Shown here piece after piece: positions 50,391-64,000 of a stretch of 64,000 bases of DNA. The DNA is taken from positions 806,001-870,000 of the forward strand of contig JBLDXI010000064.1 in NCBI GenBank assembly GCA_047495785.1. The letters are read 5' to 3'. Made by a program: the position numbers and the translations under genes. Under the pieces are notes generated by a model. It saw only the letters and a list, made by a program, of their open reading frames with translations. It was not told the DNA's origin and searched no databases. Each line of letters begins with the position of its first letter. Position 1 is the stretch's first letter. The stretch is from Lepidodermella squamata. Lineage: Eukaryota > Animalia > Gastrotricha.

Positions 50391-53300
50391 ACAGCCACTA
50401 GAGTCGCGTGTGGTGAGCGCGGTAGGAAAGTTTTCAACCCAAAACCGCCTTGGTGGTGTAAACAGGCAGCAGAGGCTGTGAAAACAGCCAAAGCCAGCTA
50501 TGCACAGTACCAAAAAGCGGAGATCACGAAACAAGCCTATAATAAGGTTCGGAATTGGAAAAAGGGACTTCTAAGGGTACGTTTCTTTATCTCCAACAGA
50601 GATGAAATTATTAACAAAACAAGCCATAAACAGACCATTTCTTTATTTTTGTTGAAATTATTAGTTCAACAAGAACGCATTTCTTTACTCGGTTTATTGT
50701 TAAAGCTACTAACAAAATCAAGTGGCGTTTCATTCATTAAACATGTTTTTTGCCCGAAATTACCAACCACTCGTCGAGTCGTTTTTGGAGCGATTTTTTC
50801 TAAGTCCTACGCATCAAGACCTAGCCCAGCGAAGGCAAAAAAAGAAAAAGACCTAATTTTTCCAAGTTATGCTTGATGATTCATTATACTAAGCATCAAA
50901 CCTATTAATTCATGGGCGTGCGACATTTCAGCAGGAGACAAAACCGCAGGCAGTTTTTTTATATGATGCGATTATGTGACAATTTGATAATATCACTAGT
51001 GCGAAATAGTGCGAAATCGTTATTCGGCGACATTTGCGCTGGCGACAGTCCAGCAAGGGACATATCGGTCTTAATTGACAGACAAAATGCGAGCTCAGTT
51101 TAAATACAAGTTCGGATCAAAATTATCAAATTCTGATGACATTTCGGCCAATTTGCCTTATAGTCGTTAGCTGAAGTGTCGTCAAGTAATCAAATTTTTT
51201 TTAAATTATTAATTAGTTTTACTTTTAATTCAAAGCGTGACCCTCAGTGATTACATTATAATATAAGTGAGGCTACATTGCTTATTTGTCACCTGCGAAA
51301 ATGTCGCCAAAAAGAGAATCGTCTTATTGCTTATTGCAAGAGAGCTGAGAGCTGTCTCCACCTTCGAGTCTGAAAAGTTGCATTTCGTCTTGATTTGGCC
51401 AAGCGCTTCACATCGGGCTGATTTGACCCGGCTGAAATGTCGGCACTAATTATATTAGGCTATAAGCGCTGATTTTCAATATTTCCTGCTGATTTCCTGC
51501 TGCTATTTGAAAATTTGACAAATTAACCGATTGAAACATGATGACCCTTAATATCGACTGAAATTTTAGTTGGCCCAAGGCCAAATTATACAACCTGTCT
51601 AAATATTACCTATTCTATTGACTTCTCAGGTCACCATGACAGCTACATAGCTAACCATTTCTTTATCGATTTAATCTAATAAAAAAATCAGAGTGTTTCA
51701 ATTTGATAAACGAGATTTTGTTAATGCAAAAAATTGAATAAAGAAATGCCTCTGATTATTGTTTTTGCTACTAACAAAATCAGAATAAAGAAATACTCAC
51801 TGTCGGTTGTTTTTAACATAAATGGATAAAGAAATGGTCTCTGTTTTTTGCCTTGTTTTCAACAAAGTCTGTTGAGAATAAAGAAACGCACCCTTAAAAA
51901 GTTGGAAAAAGATTTCGATATCAAGGAATTGCAAGAATTGAATGAATTAAACGAAGGGAATGACTGGGAAAATTTGAGGAAATTCTGGGACAAAGTTAAA
52001 AGGTTGCGTAACCAGCATAAGAATGATTCTCAATTACAACCCATTGGGAATAAAGACGGTGAACTTGTTACGGATTTAGACAAAATTCTGGACGCAATGA
52101 AAGAATATTTTTCGGAACTCCTCGAGGGTTGCGAGATTGACGACTTCATTGCTGAGTGCGATGCAAACATTGGCAGCGAGGAACCCCCTCCTCCTGATAT
52201 TGATGGTATTAGCACCCAAGAAATTAAGTCTGCTCTAAATCACATGAAAAATGGCAAGGCTTCCGGCATTGACGAGGTAACTCCCGAAATGCTGAAAGCC
52301 TTGGACGAAGCCGGAATTGAATGGTTAAGTCAAATTCTAAATCAGGCTTGGTCGACAAAAACTATTCCTGACGAATGGTCGACGGCGATCATAGCCCCAT
52401 TATACAAAAATAAGGGAGAGAAGTCGGACTGTAAAAATTATCGCGGCATTAGTCTGCTCAGCGTTGTAGGTAAATTATATGCTATTATTCTAGAGCGGAA
52501 ATTGCGGAAAATTATTGGCCCCAAAATCTCAAAGCGGCAATTTGGATTTCAACCTCGAAAAGGCTGTAGAGACTGCATTTTCATTCTACGGCGATTAATC
52601 GAAAAGGTCATCTGCTGCGGCAACAAAGAAATGCATTTGGTTTTTATTGACCTGGAGAAGGCCTACGACCTGATCGATCGCGAAAAGGTCTGGGCTGCAC
52701 TCGAGGAATTAGGTGTCGATGCAAATCTGATCCAAGCTATCAAAAGTGTTTATAAATTCAACAAGGTAGCGGTTAGGATTAACAATAAGCTCTCGGACTT
52801 TTTCGTGGTAAGGAGGGGCTTAAGACAGGGCTGCCCCCTGTCCCCGCTACTCTTTATCGCGACGTTCGATAAAATTTGTCAAAAATTGAGGGACACCCCG
52901 GATGGCTTCCCCATCACTGGTAAGCAGCTTTTGAATCTGATAGCATTTGCGGATGACGGCACTTTAATTGGTATGAGCCACGAGGAAATTAAATTACTAC
53001 TTGATGTCTTCAACAAGGCCTGCCAGGAGCTTGGTCTGAAAATTAGTGTTAGCAAAACCCAGTATATGGTGATCGGTGAGGATAACAATTACCAACTGGA
53101 ACTAAATGGAAAATTATTGGAGAAAGTTACATCTTTTAAATATTTAGGTAGTATAATCAGACGGTAAAATGGACGAGGAAATCAAAGCTCGCCTAGCGAA
53201 AGCTGGCAGCTGTTTTGGTGCTCTTAACAAGCTGATGTGTAACAGAAAACATATAAGCCTAGCCACAAAATTGAAAGTTTTAAAATGTGTGGTAATTCCT

Positions 53301-54017
53301 ACCGTCACCTACGCCTGTGAAACCTGGAACCTAACTACTAAGCAGGAACAAAGGTTATGTGTCACTTTCATGCGCTGGCTCAGAACCATTGTGGGATTTT
53401 TAAGAACAGATTATATACCTAACATCGATATTAGATTGATCTGTGACGTTTTGGAATTAAGTAAAATGATTGAAAAGCATCGTTTGAAATATTTCGGGCA
53501 CATTATTCGCCAAGACGAGTATGAAACTGAAAGCCTCACGAATGCCATATATCATTGGAAAGCGGTCGACCCGAGTTGGTACTTGCCTCGCGGTAAACCG
53601 CCAACCCGCTGGACCGATAGCTTGAAAAGGAGTCTTCTTAAAATTGGTTTGTTCCATATTCATGTGAAATATATTAAAAACCCAAACGAGCCAGTTAGAC
53701 CTCGTAAGTCGACCCTGTTAACGCGATGCACTGAAATTCACAAAATTGCGGATCTAGAATTAGCGGAAATAACTGCCAGAGACCGGGAAGAATGGCAATT
53801 AGTGTGTAATAGCATCGAAAATTATGAATTTATGAGCAAAAGCAGGTTGTTCGCGACCGATCTGTCGGCCCCTGAAGCCGAGCGCCTGTCGTCAGCCGTC
53901 CCCTAAACCCTCACGGGTAAGGCCTTTTTTCTACTCTCTAACATTAACATCACATGCCTACGGAGGGCGAAAAATAAAACTGATTCATTTGGTCATTCAT
54001 TCATTCATTCATTCATT
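50391..54017 (+). mobile_element. 5'-truncated RTE-like LINE interrupted by a MITE
   Basis: CGE...KPPWW at 50400-50574 continues in frame at 51897 into RT (FIDLEKAYD, GLRQGCPLSP, FADD, YLGS). There is a frameshift at ~53165, then the C-terminus and a (CATT)n tail. Confidence 0.92.
50575..51893. mobile_element. Complete 1.32-kb Harbinger-like MITE inserted in the LINE
   Basis: GGGTACGTTTCTTTAT...ATAAAGAAACGCACCC, flanked by TAA and TTA. Removing it plus 3 bp restores the RT frame (GLL-KKLE). Confidence 0.85.
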
Positions 54018-54358
54018 AGGTCGCGCCGCTCGGGGTAAGGTGACAACATTCCGAAATTCAGCATTTTTTGTAAAATGGGATGCATTTTAAGGTTAACTTT
54101 TATTTGAATTTCGCTTTGAAATTCAAATAAAAAAAAGAATTTTGCCTCAAGCACCCTCTATTCCGAATAATAATCTGGAAATTGACTTTGATCATGGCTT
54201 CCTCGTGTCTTTAGGCAAGATCTTAGTATAGAATAGATGGTGAAAGCGAAACGCGAAACGCGAAACGCCAATGAAGGAAGGCGTGAGAGCTATCAGAAAT
54301 CAATCGGAATTCATTTTTATGCTCATTTTATAAGTTTTTCAAGCACTGAGGGAAGTGG

Positions 54359-54730
54359 TTTTTTTTTATTTACCGGTTTTCGGAGGCGCTTCTGATGGTG
54401 GGGCACTTCCTCCTAGACAGTTGCCAGCTGTCCCCCCATTGCTCGCCGCTGGTTTTTCACCGCAGCTCTCCCGTGTGCTACCTTTGAGGCGGGGGAAGTG
54501 ATGATGGGTCACTGCACACGTGTAACCTACGCCCGCCCCATCGCGAGCCTCGAGCAAGTGTTTCAACTTGTACTCGAGTACCGGCATTTTATTTTATCCA
54601 GCGACTTCGGTCGGCCGCTGTAGTGAGCACAAATTCTTGTGCAGACTCGGGCGTTGAACCCGTGCCTCACTAGAACCACACGAGCATACCCTATGCTAGT
54701 CGCCTAACCACTAGGTCACTGTGTCACCTA
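54359..54730 (-). mobile_element. tRNA-derived SINE
   Basis: The minus strand has an A-box-like TGACCTAGTGG, a B-box-like GGTTCAACGCC, a ~280-bp body and a TAAATAAAAAAAAA end. Confidence 0.65.
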
Positions 54731-54909
54731 TATGGTAAAAAAATTGAAAATAGCCTGGGACAGCCTTCTGTGCTTTCTTCTCTGACAATTGTTCTACCTT
54801 TTAAAAAATGTGCGCGCGTTCGCAGTGACGTGAGCTGAACAATGCGGGCGCCCTGCTGCGCCACTCAGTCTCTGTCCAACGATAGTGCGCGCTGATAAAG
54901 GGCAGTGCT

Positions 54910-56768
54910 CACTCCGTTACTATTCCTCCAAGCTGATTTCACTATTAAAGCCGCGTCAAATTGCCCAATGACTGGTTTATTCTTTTGGAAAACTCACAGG
55001 TCTTCGCTGCCTCGAGACGCAAGAACCAGGCTGCGACCAGGTTGCGTTCGACAGGCACGATAGGGCAGAATTTCCTCGGAGCTCGAAATTCGAGTTGCAT
55101 GATATGGATCGAGTGGCTCCGACACTCGACGTACCAGGAGATACGCGGCCGTTTAGTATCGAGGGTGGCGGTCCACAAACTGTTCACGATGATTTTAAAA
55201 GAATGGAGAATCAGTTGAAAATGTTTCACCTGCTGCTTCACAGCTCCCAGCTGCAGACCAGCTGCTGTTTGCTTGGCATTGACTTGTTCCCGGACCAACG
55301 ACTCTGAAGCCCGGATTGCACAAAAATGTCACCGTGGACAAGTGAGATGTCGATCCATTGGATGAGCTGGCCAAATAGCCGTTACTCGGTACAGGAGCGG
55401 GGCCGCAGTCTTCATCATACGAATTGAATAACTATCCCAGAAAAAACCCTGCTTTCACTTACTTATAGGGCTACACCTTCCGTTTATCACCGGTCGAAAT
55501 GGAGGAACGAGACAGAGGACGAAAAGGTGTAACCGGGGTTGCATTTCAAGCTCACGGACCCACCTTTCTCTACAGCGGTTCCAGGTCTTAGAACCACGCC
55601 GGTATCTTCCGAAGTTTCCGGGTCCAATCGGGTCACAAATCCCGCGGATACGATTGGTACAGGGCATGACTGCTCTGGAGTACTCACGGTAGTCTGGCTG
55701 CGAACTTCTGTGTTGTCGGAAATCCAATCGAGAACTTTGCAGACTCTGCTGTAGATGCCAGGCGTGTATCCGTTGCAGGACTCATCGCCGTTAGAAATAA
55801 TGCCGAGAAGGTAAGTCTGCCTCGATTTCAAGCACATGAGAGGCCCCCCGGAATCCCCGAAGCAAACATCGCTGTCATCGGCGGCTAGACACATCTTCGA
55901 GTCGGTGATGGTGACCGCATCAGAGCGGCCTCGCGAATATTCCATTGAGCAATTTCGGTACGATCGAACTTGAAGATCCAGCTTCCTCGGGATTTCAGAT
56001 AGTCTGGCTAGAATACAAGAGACAGATAGGAAAAAGGTAGAACGGGGGCTGGAATGATGTCAAATTGACAAAACATACTGTAAGCAAAGTGACCCCAGCC
56101 AGCCGCAACCCCTGAATCGCATCCGTCGATCGAAGTGGCGGTGACAGAATTTGGTCGGCACATGGTCCTCTCATCCGGCAAACAAATCGGTTTGATCTGC
56201 TGCGAGAATCTAGGAACTGGGCTCATCATTCGCAAGAGAGCAAAATCAAAGTCATAGAAGTTCCGACTCCCGTTGTAAAGAGGATGCACTAAAGGAGGCA
56301 GCCGCACCAGCGATTCGTAAGAGGCCGTCTCTGAGCGAATAGTGATATTATGTCGACCTAGCTGCGCTTTGATCCTGATCAACTAAAAATATACCATCGA
56401 AAAGGTGAAATAAAAGTTCCACGTACAAAATCGGTGTTTCTCCGGCATCCCAAACGCAATGTGCAGCTGTAATCAGCCATTGCTTCGAGATTAGGGAAGC
56501 TCCGCAGTAAGACGCTGACGGTTCGCCGCTTTTGTAAATTTCCAGAAAAACCTATCGCAACATCCGGCTTGAGTTAGATCGATTAGATTATAAATCAAAA
56601 CAAACCAGCCAGGGGTAGTCATTCGGTGCTGCGGGATGGCTGCCTGGGCCTCTTGATTTCGCCATAGCACTCGGGTTTACAGTGCCGCATTCGGCGGTAT
56701 CTTCAGCTACGACTACTTCGGATACTAGCGCAAGCAAGGCAATTATACTAGCTATTAGGTGGCGCATT
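54910..56768 (-). CDS. Secreted trypsin-like serine protease with three C-terminal sushi domains, paralog 2
   Basis: Signal peptide MRHLIASIIALLALVSEVVVA, with TAAHC, DFALL and DVCFGDSGGP and three CCP modules. Exon structure is collinear with 5038-7504. The short last exon (LGGIVTE*) is inferred. Confidence 0.88.
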
Positions 56769-58243
56769 TTGAGAATTTGAAAAGAAAAGCTACCAAAAAG
56801 GCTTGAATAAAGCTTCTTCGCGTGAGCATTAACGTAAAGCATTCTACAAAGTGTAGTTTTCTTTAACAAATTTACTATTTTTTCTCTTTCTGTATAGATG
56901 AGATACGCGTGGAGAAAGCACATTACTCAAAAACCGTGTTGGTAAAGAAATACGCACAAGATCGGAAACGTCCGGTTAAAAATACCCAATATAAAAGACT
57001 GTAGGAAAGAGTATTTTTCGCGAAACATTATCAGAGCATGATCCCACGCCTTAACTCCATTTGTTCACACTTTGGCTTCGAGCAATTCAGGGGGAGCTCG
57101 GGGCAAGCCTTCTTAGCTCCCGGCTTAGACACTAAATCAAAGCTATCAAAGAGAAAAGCATCCATCAAACCAATCAAGGGTAAAGGGCCTGCAAGCTCAG
57201 AAAGTCCATAGAAGGCATCGAAACTTCCGAAATTCATGTTATTTCGCACTACCCGGGCATATTTCATGCAAATGATAGGAAATAGCGAGCTTAAGGTTCT
57301 CGCACAATCTCGTTTATTTTTTTTTTACGCACACGAGGAAAAACATAGCACACAGCGAATCGCATACACCCACCAGCTCACAAACTGATTTCTTTTTTCC
57401 TCGTATGGAAGTTTTTTTTCTCCGTCAGGTCGTCGAAAAAAGAAATGGCGGCACGTTGAGACGAACCCTTGACGCTCTCCCAAACATCGATAATTATATC
57501 GAGCGAAGCCGTCAAGCGTGACCCATAGAGCGAAGTAGGACCGCGGAACTGATGGGGATAAGGAAAATCGACATAAGGGTCCCTCCCCCCTTTGGTCTTT
57601 GTCTGAGCTCACCTTGCGGACCGATGGAACTGGTGGGGATGATCCCCACCATCCCTAGCGGTACTTCGACCTCTGTGACCTGTAAATTAGGTTTTAAGGC
57701 GAAAAATGCCCTGATGCTTGCCAGAAATTAGGTCAAATATCATGACTCATGCCCGCGTTTGACCCAGAAAACAAGAATGGCTTTAGCAGCCAATTATCGG
57801 CCAGTTTAGAGTAATAAATCAATTTGATGGCAACATGGTGCAGTTGCGATTATTCTGGCTCGTTCAACAGGCGGACGGCGTTCGAGCCCCGTCAAAGTTG
57901 ACCATTTTTCAGTGGCGATTTTGATGAAAGTGGCGAGAAAAACAAACGCGGGATCCACCGCGCACGAGAAGAGCTCGCCTTTTTTGTCACGCAAAGGTAA
58001 CGCTTTGATCATTTGCGCGCGCCTATCGCCGCCCTCGACTCTCAACGCGACAAGTTGTGCGACGCTTATCAGGTGACACTGTCAAAATTACGCGCGCATT
58101 CACCCATTTATTTGTTCATTGTTTTTCGTACAAACTTGTCAACTGTTACACCTGTATCATTCACCTGAATGTAAGGGGATAGATCGTTGTGGGGGGAAAG
58201 GCCTTATCGGCTGGGTAGGCCACTAACACCTGTTGCTACTGTA

Positions 58244-58683
58244 CAGGGTGTTTCATAAAAAAACCGTACGAGATGAGCCTTGTATGAATTAGCATGCATT
58301 AGATAATATAGAAAAAGTATTGCCGTTATCGATTTTTCCTGATTCATTGATCATTGATAACAGAGAAGCTCCAAACAACTTGTCACTAACGAATTTTCGA
58401 ATAAGCCTTAGATGAAAATATAGATCGTAATAAAATATGCGAATTCACCGGAGGAATTTTGATTTCACCGTGTAAAACTCACACTATAACAGAAAATGAG
58501 CCTGAAACACCGCTATTTTGTTGCTGCTACCGCATGGCTTTCTCTCGGAGAAATGCGTAAAATTTGCGGTGACCGTGCGGTTTTGGTGCATTTTTGGAGA
58601 AAAAAACGCGCTCGCGAAAAAAATCGATAACGCGCAGCAACAGTATATTTTTATAGGGGTTCGGTTTTTTATGAAACACCCTG
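58244..58683. mobile_element. Tc1/mariner-type MITE
   Basis: TIR CAGGGTGTTTCATAAAAAA with TA on both sides. A similar right end occurs at ~1353-1366. Confidence 0.85.
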
Positions 58684-58726
58684 TATGTTTGTTCGTTTGG
58701 GAACAGTTACTGAGGGGGGTGGTTTG

Positions 58727-59612
58727 ACTCGAGTAAGTCCAGCGTTGCGCCAAGACGTACAACTTTGCAAATGACGCAGAGGTCTGCAACAGCCACAGTG
58801 TCGACGATGCGAGGCTGATGAAAGCGTCGAATGCAACCGCACAACACACGCAAGTGTGTAACTGAATTTGTGATCAGTGAATCGCCCTACCCTGGTATCA
58901 AATATGTGAGCAAAAATTGATCAATCAACAATCCAGCCTGAGCTAATAAGTGATTAAGGCTCAAATACGCGATTTCTAATTTTTCATTTTGCTCGTTGAC
59001 GCTATTAAAACCAGGCTCTGTGTTCCCTTCCAAAATTGACTCGGTTTTCAATGTACGTGATTCCATATTCTTGGCTGAGCTAACTAAAATTTCCGCAAAC
59101 TGTCGTTCAAGGAAATTAACATTTAATGAAGAGAACCAGAAATAATTCGGCGCTAGGTGTTCCGCTAATTTTGTTATTCCACACGGTTTGTTACGCTATT
59201 CCGGAAAGTGCAACTGACCCTGATTCGAGTGATAGACCTGGCTTTCTTTTGTACACTGCTTGTAACAAGCATAACCACGGATAGCGTTATTTTCAGTCGA
59301 ATGATGTCTCAATCGTAGAAAACCTTTTAATAAAGACGATTCAAAGACGTGTCCATTCATCTATCATTTGCCCTTATCTGCAAAGAAACTCCTGTTTCTA
59401 ACCCCAAAAATACATTGACGGTTACCCTCTGTTCTCTGTTAACAGTTATCCTGTCTTCGTGTACGCATGGGGATTACAAGCTGTATAATCATTGGATATG
59501 GAATGTTACCACTATCACAAGTCCGTCTTTATCGGCAATGCTTGGCTGAGACAATGAAGTAAAACAGCTCACGTGCCGCTTCTATCTACCTTTTTCGGAA
59601 GGAGTTCACGCA
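58727..59612 (+). pseudogene. Collapsed duplicate: 3' end of the 35757 7TM gene + spacer fused to the 3' end of LGIC D
   Basis: 58727-59185 resembles 37480-37990, and 59190-59612 resembles 39677-40054. About 1.7 kb (most of LGIC D) is missing at the junction. Confidence 0.88.
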
Positions 59613-59714
59613 ATAATGACCTCCTATTCGCTGTCACGTGGTTTGGACAGCCAGTACAGCCAATATATAACCGGACTGTGTAAACTTTGAATTAGAGTGA
59701 GACAAAAAAGCGAC

Positions 59715-59797
59715 TCATTTGATAAGACAGCTGCAGGCGATAAGACGAAAAAAGCCCGATAGCTATTCTCATCCTCGCTTTATCAGCCCTATCAGTC
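59715..59797. promoter_or_regulatory. GATA-site cluster upstream of the ABCC gene
   Basis: tgataag, cgataag, cgatag, ttatca and ctatca within ~80 bp, plus a cagctg E-box. Confidence 0.4.
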
Positions 59798-59820
59798 GCC
59801 AGTTTTTCACAAAACCAGTA

Positions 59821-64000
<4,180 letters not shown>

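Overview
Animal (invertebrate) nuclear DNA with short (~50 bp) GT-AG introns and many nested transposon relics; no prokaryotic features. The core (8-40 kb) is a same-strand cluster that interleaves two receptor families. The first is an atypical class-A-like 7TM receptor family: five intact two-exon genes plus four relics, all with a highly conserved extracellular N-terminal motif and non-canonical DRY/CWxP/NPxxY motifs. The second is four intact four-exon Cys-loop ligand-gated ion-channel subunits plus one relic; these lack loop-C vicinal cysteines and almost all of the intracellular domain. The most striking signal is that the four channel genes share a ~303-nt GC-rich tract (pre-M1 to M3, the pore) that is nearly identical even at synonymous sites, while their ligand-binding domains and M4 diverge. 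This constant-pore / variable-sensor layout suggests recurrent gene conversion in a putative chemosensory receptor array. The channel promoters also share a POU4-type motif. The cluster is bracketed by two paralogous trypsin + 3x sushi protease genes. It is followed by a dense transposon nest (RTE-like LINEs, Penelope, Harbinger-like, Tc1/pogo and other MITEs, tRNA-derived SINEs), an ankyrin-repeat gene, a collapsed duplicate of the 7TM/LGIC 3' ends, and an intron-poor ABCC/MRP1-type transporter that runs off the window. Gene models and difference counts were made by eye; no searches were run.
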